Positions 14,515-29,149 of a DNA stretch of 64,000 nucleotides are shown in pieces. A model generated the notes under the pieces. That model saw only the letters and a program-made list of their open reading frames with translations. It did no database searches and was not told where the DNA came from. The translations under genes were made by a program, and so were the position numbers. Every line of letters begins with the position of its first letter. Position 1 is the stretch's first letter. This DNA comes from Amoebidium appalachense (taxonomy: Eukaryota > Protista > Ichthyosporea): positions 3,391,375 to 3,455,374 of the forward strand of contig CAVNZM010000017.1 of assembly GCA_963693365.1 (NCBI GenBank), given 5' to 3'.

Positions 14515-14743
14515 GGGGGGTCCTTTTTTTTTGACTTGTCCAGGTCTGTGTACGAGTCTAGTGTCTGTGTGTGTGCGCGCGCGCGCATGCATGCGTTTGT
14601 GCGTGTGTGTAATGCGTGCTATGGCATGTGTGTGTGTGCGCGCGCGGGCGAGTGTTTGTGCGTATGTGAGTGCATGTGTGTGTATGTGTGTGTATGTGTA
14701 ATGTGTGTACATGTGTGTGTGCGTGTGTGTGTATGCTTGTGCC

Positions 14744-14796
<53 letters not shown>

Positions 14797-16122
14797 TGTG
14801 TATGCTTGTGCCGAGTGTACGTACATCCGTGTGCTGTGTACATGTGTACGCACGGGTGTACGGGTTTCTTTGTGTACTTGTGCGGATGTGCGTGCCTTGA
14901 TGGTGTGTGCGCGCACGCACTCACACGTCCCCGTCCGTGTTTGACGGTGTGTGTTTGTGTGTGTGTGCCATTCATGCGCAAATTAAGCTCACAGACATTC
15001 TGGTGCCATGCATTTATCTTTATGCGACAGTGTGTGTGTGTAAAAGTGAGGGCCCGGTGCATGCAGCGTACTATGTGCATGGTGGTGGTCGTGCAAAAAC
15101 CGCAAAACATACACACAAGAACCTGCATGCCTCTAGTAGCCGCAACATAGGTTAGGCAGGCCAGTAAGAATATGTGAGCGGGTGTGTTCGTTGCAGTATT
15201 CCCGTGAAGGAATACAGCAGTCATTGTGTGTATGGATGTCGTTTGTGTTGGTGTGTGTACATTGTGTGTTCTGTGCATGCGCACTTGTGCGTTGTGCTCT
15301 TGAACTGTGTGTGTGTTGCTGTGTGCTTGTGTCCTTGTTCCCGCGTGTGTCTGTGATGGTGCCCGTTGTGATTTTCCGCTTTTGCCATCGTCCTCATCTT
15401 TAGACAATGCAGTAAGAACATGGCCAATGTGCGATTGCGGATAAGTGCGTGTGCAGAGTTTATATAAATGTGGCCATTTACTAAAAGGGTGAATATCTGT
15501 TTTGTTTTTTTTACATTATGCATTTGTGGACATTTACTACAGGGGTGATTGTCTGGTTTGTTTTTTCGTAGTGCCACTGGGCGCTCTGAACTTCGGAATC
15601 CTTGCTTGTGGCTTAACTTAAACCACGTTTGGTTATGCACAACGATGTGGCTGTCTCTGTTCATGTGTGCAGGAATTGGCAACCTGGTGTTTAGACCTGA
15701 TTAAGGTAGGTTGAAGTTTACGAAACCTTTATGTGTCTGTACATGTGTGTCGGTGTGCGTGTCCGTGTATGTGCCTGTGTACAATGTTGTGTTTGTGTGC
15801 CCATGTGCCCGTGTGCCTGTGTGCGCCTGTGCGTGTTCGGGGCTGTATGTGCCTACCATCCTTCGAGCAAGGGTTGAGCCAGTGTGGCCCTAACCCTCAG
15901 TTTGCTGCCCTCTATGACCCAGCTTATCTCGACCTCGTTCGTGCTGCCGGCCACCACGCTGCTTCCCAGTGTGCTGGTGCCACAGTTGACGACTGCACTC
16001 TGCCCTGCCGCCAGACCCAACCAGCAACAGGTGCTGGACAGCACAAGCCTGCACCCCCAGTCAGCAACACCCTCGGATACTTAACCCCACAGGCAGTGGC
16101 CACCCCACACCCACCTCCACAT
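3608..16122 (-). CDS. Signal peptide + 4 tandem DOMON domains + cytochrome b561 (FRRS1/CYBDOM-like ferric reductase), about 19 exons
   Basis: Spliced: MWR|[16 protein letters not shown] (signal peptide). Four DOMON repeats ([17 protein letters not shown]; [18 protein letters not shown]; [18 protein letters not shown]; [18 protein letters not shown]), each ending in an LIYAxG..HG-type motif and separated by P/T-rich linkers. Then b561 helices with four His: [34 protein letters not shown]. Stop at 3608. Intron phases are consistent where checked. Confidence 0.9.
4000..4204. repeat. Tandem duplication of an ~100-bp unit (intronic)
   Basis: CCGTAAACACC...GGAAGTGCGCCAACTTGTGCGTGGCTG...GAGCATTGGAATGTTTTTGTGTCT occurs twice in tandem. 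Confidence 0.85.
4485..4660 (-). mobile_element. 5'-truncated LINE-like 3' end (diverged subfamily) inside a G/C homopolymer
   Basis: Minus strand encodes [13 protein letters not shown], then a 3' UTR ending GCATTCAAA + poly(C). G-runs flank both sides. Homologous to the 6478 and 7856 copies. Confidence 0.6.
6478..6714 (-). mobile_element. 5'-truncated LINE-like 3' end
   Basis: Essentially identical to 7856-8095. Encodes ...[31 protein letters not shown], then a UTR ending GCATTCAAA + poly(C). Confidence 0.65.
7856..8095 (-). mobile_element. 5'-truncated LINE-like 3' end
   Basis: ~235-bp duplicate of 6478-6714, flanked by G-runs on both sides. A 9-bp stub TTTGAATGT also sits in a G-run at 7809-7817. 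Confidence 0.65.
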
Positions 16123-17149
16123 GCTTATGTCAGCCCCTGCAGGGGGTTAGCCACGATCCGCAACAACGGCGCCACGTGCAATTCTGGAGCAAACTGTGAC
16201 CACAGAAGGTCACGCCGCGGCCTGGCTCCCAGGCTCCCCGCCAGACCGCGAACAGATGCAGTGTGTGCAGCTATCGGCGTGCTCCCTGCGCTGATCAGCC
16301 TCCTTACTCACGCTGGAAGAGTTCCCACCGCTCACCTGCTCTCGATTTTAGAGCTCTGTGTGTTTAGGAAGTTATGTGGCTGTAGCGCCCTGCTTGGCTT
16401 TCACTTTGTCTGACGAACCTAAGATTGGTTGCCGGTTGGATGGGCCAGTCAATCCTGAACCCTTGTGCATAGGGCGTACATACAAAAAGATGCTTCTAAC
16501 TTTCTACTTCCATCGGCAGCTAATGTTATGTTGTAAGTGTAGTTTGTAATAGGCCGTATACTTCCAGAGACACAAAAAACTGCGCTCGGCCCGATGAATA
16601 AAGCTACGGTATGGTAACACAGGGGGCCTGCGGTGACTATCCTCGGGCCCGCGATGACTATCCTCGCTAGGCACAAAATGGAAGTCGAGACTTGTGTACG
16701 CGCCGGATCACCTTTCATCGGGTCAAATGTCGAGTGACCTAAACTTGGCTGATAATTATCCTATCAAACATCATCTTTGAAGTTCTTTAGGGTTCTTCTC
16801 TTCTGTCTTCAAGCAGCTTGTCTAATGCTGTTTCCCAAACGCTATCAAAGACAAAAATGTATTGTTCTAATCATCATTTAACAGGCCAACCCTAAAAACT
16901 TCTGAAAAATTAAAAAAGAATGAATGAAAAACATATATGTACATAAATGTACTGTACGCACGTCTATGGCGGCCAGTGGTGGCAATATGAATCCGTCGAC
17001 CAATCAAATGGTATCTATGAAACAGACATATCGCCAGCCTTTCCACCAATCAGCATACTGCCATTTCACTGACCAATAGGAATAGGGATATACACTTTGC
17101 AACATATCATGTGATTGGTGAAGATTGCATCGTGTATCATATACACCGG

Positions 17150-18830
17150 CCATTGGCCAAGCCTTGAAGGCCTCCCGGGCCTGGAAACTGCAGGGTTCGA
17201 ATCGGAATCTAAAAATGGAACAGGCTGGTTTTGATCGATTGGGCGGCAAAGTCTATCGACATTCGACGCGTACATACAGTACTCAAAACACGCGAAGCTT
17301 TCCAAGGCTCACTAACCCGCGAGAAGAAACATGACTACTTGAAACCGTCATACATGATTATATTATACACACAAGCACACATAAATGCACAGATATGTAT
17401 TTATGTTTCAGCTGTGGAGCTAATGTGGTTGCGTGTGCCAACCAGGGTTGCTGTGGTATGAATGGTGGTGGTGGGTGTGGCGTAAGAGGAGAAGGGGGGA
17501 TGAGAAGGGGGGGGGGGGGGGGGGGGGCCGGGGGGAGGGTGGGGGGGGGGGAACACTGGCACACACACACGCGCGCGCGCACACACAAACACACAAACAC
17601 CCATGATAAACGCTCTCACTCCTGCGCCGAGCAAAGAGCCGATTAACACACAACTTCAGACTCCGGCGTCGGCACAGTGGAAACGCAAACACGCACACAC
17701 CCAAACATGTACACAGTCACACACGCACGCACGCATATACACAAAAGGTTTAAAAAGACACCCACAACCCACATCGGCCGCACAGCCACACACACACATA
17801 CTCAACCATCCACACACACTCTCGATAGCTCTCTCTCGCTCACTCTCACTCTCACTCTCCCTCCCTCCCTCCCTCCCTCTTTTTTTCTAAGCATAAGAAG
17901 CTTAAGCCATGTTGTAAGTGTATATACTTGGTTCGGCCCTATTTAATTTTCAAAAAGAGTTCCTAGATGGGCAGGAAAAAGGTCGGGAGGGAACAGAGAC
18001 TATCGTTTATTGATACTGCGAGTGTGTGTGTGTGGGGGGGGGGGGGGGGGGGGAGGGGGGAGGGGGGCGGGGGGCACAACCTCTAGTGATGGGTGGAGCG
18101 TTAGGCACCGGGAAACCACACGGTTAGCTGGGCAAAGGGAGGAAATGGGGAAGAACAAACCTAGCCAACCACGCATCCCCCCAAAGTGTCAGGATGCGTG
18201 GTGGTGGTGGTGGGGGGGGGGGGGTGGGGGGGGGATTGTGAATTTGAGTTGCTTCCTATTATTCTCCCTTCCCCCCCTTTCCTTCCGTGTGGCGGGTTTC
18301 TTAATTCAAAACTCCCTATCTTAGGGTAAATATAGCCTGCCACCCATTTTGAACGTGGTTGCTCAGAAGCATCCTTCGGCTTTACACTGCAACACAGTGC
18401 CTTTCCTGCCCGAAGGCGTAGTGGCGTAGTTGGACTGGCAGCCATACACACTATTCTGAATAGGCATCTTTATACCCCATTTTAGATTAGCTAAATACGT
18501 AGCTTAACGGTGTTTAAGAGCCAAGGATTTTGGCATTCGTTTGGTGTTTGTCCTAATAAGCAAAAAACAACAACAGTATGAGGCTCAGCCTGCGCTCGGA
18601 AATCGTAAACAACAGCTTGAACAGTCAGCTACGAACGATGCGATTGGCCAATTTGCCCGCCAAAACCAGCCTGTTACTATTTTCGGAACAGGCCTCTCAT
18701 TTGGGATGCTATTTTCGGAACAGGCTGGAATCGGTGATCACTTCGGGTCAGGCTGGAGTAGGCCTGGCCCGGAATTCAGCTTAAGATCGTGACGCACCAG
18801 TTCCAGGCCCGGGAGATTAGGAGGCCTTGA
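17150..18830. mobile_element. Non-autonomous DNA transposon/MITE-like region bounded by imperfect inverted repeats
   Basis: CTCCCGGGCCTGGAAACTG (~17173) is the reverse complement of CAGTTCCAGGCCCGGGAG (~18798), and AACAGGCTGGTTTTG (~17219) is the reverse complement of CAAAACCAGCCTGTT (18661). No transposase ORF. Confidence 0.45.
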
Positions 18831-19416
18831 CACCGGCTCCACTGGCGGACCACGACCATGTTCCCATTTTCCTCTCGTAGTAGAATAACAACAGTGCTGA
18901 TTTTTTTAGCTGCATGTGTGCCATGTCTTCAGCTATTCATTTGCGGGCCTACATATTACACTGTACAGAGATTTCAGGCCACTCTTGCACATGCGAAGGA
19001 CTGGCGCTGAATGTGGTGCGCCGCAAGCCAATCAGCAAATGTTTGCGCAAACACAAAATCTGGCTGTGGGACATGTCATTTGGTCATACTCATGTTCATG
19101 CTGGGGCTTGTTTTGTTCGAGTTTTCTTCATTCCGTCGCCTAATTTTTATCATTTTATGCTTTCGTTACATGTAGTCATATCAAAAAGGCATGGCTCTAT
19201 AACAATGTTACTTTTATAATCTATACAACAAGCACATCGTTTACGTAAAACCCCGAGTCATTCACACATATAGCAACTTAAATTCAATAGTAGTTGGGTT
19301 CCGGTGCACCTGAATCCACACCAGCGAATAAATGGCATCTAAACCGCAGCACAGTCAGACAGTGTACCCAAGTACATCTAACATGGCTAGTTTGCATACG
19401 GATGTCATCAGTCCTT

Positions 19417-21750
19417 TCACCGCCAGTTACTATGCTGTTGGCACGACCAACCCGTGTTGCTCCCCACTATCCCACCCCCAACTGCAGCCACTGGTTCACC
19501 CTTTGCAGGATTTGGGCTCCGGACACTTTGGTGGTTATTTCTATTCTTCTTGCGTTGGCTGTGTGTGTTTTTGCTGCCGCGTGCTTGGCCGTTGGAAGGC
19601 GGGCTGCCAGGTGGCACGTGCCGGCCCCAAGAATCCTTTTCGCCGTAGAGGGGGATTTGAACGCACCATGACCTAACCAGGCCGTATTGCTGTTGCTGTG
19701 GGAAAAAAGTTGTTAGAAAACCACAAAGGCTGTGTGTGCGGTTCCCCCCCTGGAACCCTCCTAGCACTCTATCTTCTATGCCTCCCCCCCCCCCCCCCCT
19801 CCCCTCCCGGCCCCACCACCACCACCTCCACCACCACCACCATCGTCCACTCACCCATTCCCAATAGGCGTGCACGTGCTTCACACACGCAAACACACGC
19901 ACTTGCACACACATCCACACACACAAGCACAAACTGGCGCACGCACGCACACTTACATACAGACACACACACAAAAGCACAAACACAAACACACACACAT
20001 AAACCAGTATCGACCACCTTTACCACTGACAACAAACCCCAACCAAAAACAATCCTTGTAGCACATGCCCTCCTCCACCCACACCATGCCCACCATCCAT
20101 GCAAACCGTCACAACACATAGCAGGGGCCACCTACTACCATTGCTACCTGGGCCATGCCCAAGGGCTGAGCGCAGTAAAGCATCAGGTCGACCAGACAGG
20201 CCAGTGCGTCAACCCGCTGTGGGGCAGCGGCTGTGGCCAAAACGGCATGCAGGTGGCCCAGATAGAGCAGGGCCATGGCTGGGTCCCCTATGTGTGTGTT
20301 GATGTAGTTGACCACGGCCGACCACACGTGCTGGGCAGCGGCCCCGAAGTCCATGAGGAACCTGTTGCACATGCACCTCTGCAGCTGTGCACGGTCACGA
20401 GGGGACGTTTCAGGGGGCAGGCGGTAGCCCCGCACCAGCAGGCTGCAGTACTTGAGCAGCCCACCCCCCCGCATTTCCTCGGGCTGGTGGGTGACTATCA
20501 GGCGCTGGTTGAGGTGTTGCCGTGCAAGGCCAAACGGCCCAAACACAGACTCAGCCTCTACGTGCGGCAGGTGGCCCCTGCTGGGGGCATCGAGGGCGGC
20601 GGCAGCCAGGATGGAATCCGACAGCAGCACCTGGAACGAGTCCACACTGAACTCATACTGCCGGCGCATCCGGCACACAAACTTCAGCTCAATGTTGCGC
20701 CCATGTTGGTTGCGTAGTGACACCAGTGACCAGCTGTCCCCGTGGCCCGGCCTGTAGCCCTTGTGGCCAGCAGGGGGCATCCTGAACAGCTTGGCCACAT
20801 ATGCGGCCTGTAGGGTGCTGTCACTGGCCTCGGCCAGGCCACTGCCCGCAGGCAACCACCTGCGCAGGCAGGCCAGCACAACATCACGTATGGTGTCAAA
20901 GGCCTCGGGGCCCTGCACGTCGACAAGGACCAGCACGTCCAGGTCCTTGTACTGCACGGCTGAGGGCCAGCCGCAGGGGTGGCTGGTGGTTGTTGGGTGG
21001 TCGCAGGCCACCACGTAGCTGGCTGCACTGCCGTTGAGTCTTAGACCCTGCAGGCTCAACTCTGGCTGGGAAGCTAGCCGGGCCTTGAGGTCCGCCAGCA
21101 GTGCGCAGGGCCTGCACCCACCAAACACATAAGCATCCAGCAAACACGCACAAGCAACTGCCAGGGCAGTCCCTTATCATCAATCATATGTACATACACA
21201 CGCGCACAAGCAAACAAGCAGGCCCTATCCAAATATGGTGCACGTACCGAATTTCCAAGGTCGGGAGGCCATTGAGGCCATGGACCAGAAACGTCGAGCC
21301 CAGGACCTGCAGCAGTCTCTGCACCTGGCCGTGTGCCAGCACACAGCTATTTGCCGCCCCACCTACTGCCGTGCCTTCGCACTGTGCGCTGCAGCCCAAG
21401 TGCAAGTCTGTGGATGTCCGGCTGCCGGTGGGCTCGACGTCTGAGTCAGAGCCTGTGGCCGGTTCGTCGTCTGAGCGCACCGAAAGCTGGTCGTCGCAAG
21501 TGCTCAGATCGTCGGCAGAGCTGCCGCAGAATGCAGAGTCGCCGCTGCTACACATATGTGCTGAATCGCGGTCACTGTCAGGTGCATCCCACCCCTCTAT
21601 GTGCTCATATGGCGCCTCATGTGGCGGCTCTGGCGCCACGTGCATATCTGGCGTGTTCTCGGGTGGGGGTTGCTTACTATGCAAACCACGCATCACCACA
21701 CAGGACCACGTGAGGCTTTCTTGCCCGATTGCAGACAATGGGTTGACCAT
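19417..21750 (-). CDS. TENT5: Terminal nucleotidyltransferase 5 (FAM46 family non-canonical poly(A) polymerase)
   Basis: Family motifs: QVQRLLQVL..VHGLNGLPTLEIR|, RLNGSAASYV, YKDLDVL, AYVAKLFR, WSLVSLRN..GRNIELKFV..MRRQYEFSVDSFQV, ESVFGPF..A..HL..RLI.T..PEEMRGGGLLKY. Intron 21112-21247. Probable last exon 19695-19417 via the phase-0 donor at ~20147 (otherwise stop at 20109). Start codon uncertain. Confidence 0.93.
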
Positions 21751-23034
21751 CGTGGCCTTGCCTTGTAACCCTCGGACCAGTGTCGGTACTGATGTAAGGC
21801 GCACTTTTGGGAGCACCTCGGGAGGATGTGGAAATGGAAAGTTGGCTGCGTAACGTTTGTCTCAAACGGTTTCCAAACCTTATGTAAGTGATTTTCAGAA
21901 AGACAGCTAGAAAATGCTGTCCCGACACGAATTATCCCCTTTGTGGCTAGTCACAACGTTGTTCGAATGAGGTGATGCTTTGGTGGATTTGGTGATTTCC
22001 ACGGTATGAGAGCAAAGGGGTACATACAACTCGCTATATATTGCGGACGCTAATGATTAAGAATATCCTCAGCAGTAGAGACAACTGGCCATGCACGTAT
22101 TGGCAACTAACATACATACGCAGACACAACGTTATGTTTAACATCAGAAAAAAAAAACTCTTACCCAACTAATACTACACAAATATGTACTACATACTGG
22201 CCGCACCATCATGATATGTGAGCGGTGAGCACAAGAATAACGATTATAAGATTCACCCGTCAGCCAATCATGCCGTGGCGTCTTAACTGGTGGAAAGCAG
22301 TTGTGATTTTAAACCAACCACATAGCGTTTCTGCAGTGCAATCTTTCCAAATTCCTTAGCGCATGAAATGTGCCCCCGCCACGCGTGACGCGGGGTACTA
22401 CAAAAGACATTCTCACAAAGACACATAAAAAACATTCGTTGTTGAATCCACTTACAAAAAGAGTTAGATAAATATTTTCCGTGCGAATAATTAAACGTTT
22501 TGTCCCGGTATTTCACTGTCATCACCACGCCATAGACATGCAGTCACGGGATGGAGATCTATCAGTTTCTGCAGCCAATCAGTTGCGCGCAGGTAGACTG
22601 GCGGTGTGGCGATGGGCAGGGCCTGTTCGTAATCTTGCTTTGCGAGAACTTCTGAGACTTTGTGTGATCATCATCACGATCGCGAGTACACGCACATCGC
22701 TCGCGGTGGGATTGCGACGTTTGTGTGTGAAGAATCATTGGCACAGTGACACATGCTAACTGCGATCACAAAGGTGTCAGTCATCCAGCCGGGTTGACAG
22801 TCAGTCACTGATTCACGTGCATGCACGTGCACCGTATGTGTGGCACTGGAATGCCCACTGGGTAGCTGGTGCCAGCACAGGCTGTGTTTTTTTTTTTTTT
22901 GCTCTTTTTTTTTTTTGTGTGTGTGTGTGCGTGTGTGTGTCTGTGTCTGTGTGTGTACATGTGTGCGTGTGTGCGTGTGTGTGTGTGTTTGTGTGCGTGT
23001 GTGTGTGACCGTGCGTGTGTGTGTGTGTGTTTGT

Positions 23035-23119
<85 letters not shown>

Positions 23120-23197
23120 TGTATGTGTGTGTGCCAGTGTGTACGCGTGTAATTCTATGTTCATATGGTGGGCACGTGCATATATCTCCCTGAAAGG

Positions 23198-24775
23198 AAA
23201 GATCGAACGCGGCTAGAAGACGGCAAAACCCGTCTTCTAGAGTTTGAAAAATTCTCTAATATGTACGATCGATCGATTCCGCCACTGGCGGCGGCCGGCC
23301 CAGCGCTTTTGGCAGCGGACCTTGCTTGCGCTTTGCACCCTTTTTCCTTACTTTTTCTCAAACAAAAAGTGCTTTCCTTATGTGCAGGAGCCTTGTTCCG
23401 TGTTATTCTGGCCCCTACACTTTTGAATGGTGGTGATGTGTGTGGAATGTGGCTCCGAGAAGCCTTCCCTTTTCGCTCTGTCCCTTGCTCCCTTATCCAG
23501 CCCCCGTGACTGCTTTTCCTGTCTGGAGGTACTCTTAAGCACCAGAAAGACTGTCTACTTTACACAATAAAGTTCGTGTTTGAAGCTCTTTAGCATAGAA
23601 ACACACATGGATCGTGTTCCATTGCACAGAAATGCTGTTCGTAAGATCAGTGCTCCCCACTATGAGATCTGCCACAGTAATCTGCACCTGAGCGAGCTGA
23701 CGTTGTTTAAAGACGAGCTCAGCCACCCAATACGTATATTGAACCTTCGTGAGGTAACAGGAGCCCCTGGCACGTACTGACGGTGCCTGGGCTGCTATGA
23801 ACTTTCTGTTCTCGATTTTTCCTTACACTCTTGCGACCGCGTGCATGCTTTCTCTTGCGGCGGCTCTACGGTCCCGAGAGTGTAAACAGTTGGACTAGTT
23901 AGGATAAGGCAGAGTACAACTGAATCAAAATAAAGACAGAGAACGGGTAGAAAGGCACACGCGGCCAGGTTGCTTTTACTATGGGCCGACTCAGTCTGCC
24001 TCAGACTTCACTGATGTGATCCCCGTACTGGGACGGCTTTCTTATATAGCCCCCAGGTTTCGGATCAAGGCCCAGGATTGGTTCATCCGCGGCCAGCGCG
24101 GGTGGCAACATGCCATTCGTGATTCTGGTGCGGTCCGAGCCAGTCAGACCTTTGTCCTATTTATGCAAACCTCTTATTGGTTCACTTCGTTTATGTGGTA
24201 TGCAGCTGAAGAACCATATATGGTTCAATTCTTAGGTCAGAGTGAGTCCTATTGGTGCGGACATAATATTTATGTGATATTCATGACAAAGCACGAATCG
24301 TGTGCTAGTAGATCACATTCTTTAGTAAACATGTACAGTTCATGTGTACAGTTGTTTACAGAGAGTCGAGTGTACATGTTCGCTGTGTGTGTAAGGAAAA
24401 ATACGAGTCACCTCAGAAGGTGACAGCAGGAGCCCCACATATGCCGTTGTTTCACTGCGTTTCGAAGTTTGTGACGCTTAGCGGTTACCAGACTCAGACC
24501 TTGCCTACAGTCTCGCCCCCCATGACATGTTCACATGCCAAGCCAGTCTAGTGTGCAATGAATAAAAGAGGCCTCTAAATGTCCCACACGTGCTTTATAC
24601 TTAAGTAAAAGCAAGCACGAGAGGTTCTGGCCTCAGCGCTTCGAACAGTGAAGCGAGGAAGCACAGCTGCAGTTGCAGTTCGACCGCGGCCACCGCCCAA
24701 GTACGATAAAATCGATCGACCTGATAGAGTGCCAAATTCTAAGTCTAGAAGCGGTGTTTTGCCGTCCTCTCGCAG
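23198..24775. mobile_element. Inverted-repeat-bounded element (MITE/DNA transposon relic)
   Basis: 23205-23300 (GACGGCAAAACCCGTCTTCTAGA..GATCGATT..GGCGGCGGCCG) matches the reverse complement of 24685-24770. A third partial copy lies at ~24950-24985. Confidence 0.5.
23881..24288 (-). mobile_element. LTR-like relic nested in the inverted-repeat element
   Basis: Minus strand begins TGTCATG and ends TACA, with CTATATAAG (~24045) then AGTAAA. No TSD or canonical PBS seen. Confidence 0.35.
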
Positions 24776-25059
24776 TCTAGAAATCGCGACCAGGCCATTA
24801 AGTACAGTACCTCTAAAACCGCTTTTTCATTAATAAACCGTGCTTCGCGTATTATAAAAAGTTGTTACAAATATCATAGGCTTTATAGCGACACCTTGTA
24901 GGGGTTCTTCTGACACAAATGCGATCGAAAAATGAGAAAACGTTAAATTTTGGTCTAGAAGACGGGTATTTACGTCTTCCGGACCAAGGAGATATGTATG
25001 TGTCACATGTGATAGACCACATGTGTGCAAAGGTGTGCGCGTGTTTGTGTGTGCGTGTG

Positions 25060-25111
<52 letters not shown>

Positions 25112-25369
25112 TTGTGTGTGTGCATGCATGTGTTTGGTTTAGTGTGTGACTGTGTGTGTGCATGCATGTGTGTGTGTGTGTGTGCCTGTGTGTGTGTGTG
25201 CGTGTGTGTGTGCGTGCGCGCGTGTGTGCGTGTGTGTGCATGTTAGTATTTCGGGAGGGGGGGAGGGTATTTAATCTGTGCGTGCGGGGGAGGTGGGTGG
25301 GTGTGTGTGTGGGGGGGGGGGGGGGGGGGGGGGGGGGGTAATCAAATCTGGTTCCGGGAACGCCGTGGC

Positions 25370-25550
25370 ACGGTACAGCAGTACCCCACCTCAGTGCAGA
25401 AATAATCAATCGCACATGGTCAGAATGATTCGGTACAGCAGTACACCACCTCAGTGCAGAAATATTCCGCACATGATCAGAATGATTCGGTACAGCAGTA
25501 CACCGCCTCAGTGCATGCGCAGAAATATTCCGCACATGATCAGGAATATT
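25370..25550. repeat. ~58-bp tandem repeat x3
   Basis: CGGTACAGCAGTACACCACCTCAGTGCAGAAATATTCCGCACATGATCAGAATGATT repeated three times. Confidence 0.85.
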
Positions 25551-26126
25551 CTGCAGCTGCAGAAAGCAGAATAGAACCATCTAGCAGAATCCACCATATA
25601 AAAGCAGATTTATTACAACTAGTACTCCTACCAGAAGATCATTAATCTCCTCTGAATTTCGGGAAATTCTGCTAGCGCTAGCCTAAGTAGAAGAGTGACT
25701 CAAAGTGTGTGAGCAAGCATGATGATTCCGAAAGAGGCAAAATATGCTGCAGCTCTCAGCAACTTTTTTTTCCAAACTTAGCAGAATTGTTTGGCAAAGC
25801 CAGACTCGATAATCTATAGCCAAAAAACAGAATTACTGCTGCACTAGGAAAAAAATAATTTTTTTCCTTTTTTCTTTTCTTTGCTTTTTTTTTTTTTTTT
25901 TTTTTTTTAGTTTGGAACGCTCACATGGCATGCACACATGCCAACAACAACCACAAACTCACTGATTCATAGACTGCGCCGTACGAACGGCCAAGAGTCA
26001 AATCAATATGATCTCTACCTAAAAAGTTGACTTGTTAGGATCATCATGAAGGAGATAGCATCAACTGCAAAACTGAGATCATGGAAAACACATTCACAAG
26101 CGTATGCTAATAATAAATAGGATGTT

Positions 26127-27930
<1,804 letters not shown>

Positions 27931-28686
27931 TGCTGCACACGCTTACACGCACTCATGGGCACGCACCCCGCCACGCCGGCACACAGGCACGCACACACGC
28001 ACGTACGCACGCACGCACGTGCGGACACATATGCACACACTTGTAACATTGCATGGATACACACGCACACATGTTGGAACACCACTCACTGCAGGATAAC
28101 ATGGGTGCACGGGCACAGCACAGTCGGCAATCGACCTCGTCTATCCTGCTATGTAGTAAGTTAAATGGGGTCAGTCTTTTAGCTTTTCGGGCCGGGTCGG
28201 GTGAGAGGGGATTCTAGATATGTGATTGGCGTGCTGCGCATCAGCTGCGCACCATCGTTTTGCCGACAGCAAGGTACAGATGTGCTCGAATGGGGACAAT
28301 TAATCGGCCTAAGAGAAACCCCCTTTACTATTATTGGCCATGCACAGGAGACCATGGCCATTCGGGCCCACATGCATGCATAACGGTTGGCCCGGCATTG
28401 CTGGTCTATGGATGCCATGCCAATGTACCAGCAACGACGTATTGGGCTATCGCTGTATTGGGCAATTGCTATATCTGGCTTTAGCTATGCTGGGCCATAG
28501 CTAAATTTAGCCATAGCCATATTTGGTCATACCATCGCCACTTTGGAATAGGTGGGTACTGTAGCTACGTGGAGACGGTGGAAGCCGTGTGTCCGTGTGG
28601 GCAACGGGAGAAGCAGTTGGGGGCAGGGTGGGTTAGAGGTGGGGTGGGGTGGGGTGGGGTGGGGTGGGGGTGGGGTGGGGGGGGGT

Positions 28687-28723
<37 letters not shown>

Positions 28724-29149
28724 GGGGGGGGGGGATGTATGCCAAGGGCTTCAGAGAGGCACAAAAATGGAGAAACAAAAAGCAAAAACTTAACAAATGC
28801 AGGGCGAGTCATACCCTGTCACCTGGGGACAGGGGGAGAGGCAGGGGGGGGGGAGGGGGGAGGGGGGGGGGGGGGGGGGTTAAGCGCGGATCAGCAGCAT
28901 CAATAAATCCACAAGTATTTACCGCGTCCAGAAAGTAGGGCCCGGGTGTGTGGGTTTTTATTTACCTGCTCATTCACTGCACATTCCCCCCCAAACACAC
29001 CCAACCGCGTACAAAACCGGCCGGTCACACACTGCCGTGTGCCGCCAACCGCGTAAGGTTGCCTGCCGATAATATATTCTCCCCCCCCCCCCTCCCCCCC
29101 CCCCCCTCCGCCGCCTTCATGCCTATGCTGCGTCCAAATATGGTAGGTG

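Noticed and set aside
3900-16049. Complementary (GT)n/(AC)n at intron ends bridging splice sites, as in fish introns
   Set aside because: Only some introns have GT-rich 5' and CA-rich 3' parts; many are uniformly GT- or CA-rich, so there is no consistent pattern.
15733-20717. Plus-strand ORFs 15733-16413 and 19698-20717 (likewise the antisense ORFs 46582-47307 and 54164-55129)
   Set aside because: They are antisense shadows of real GC-rich coding exons.
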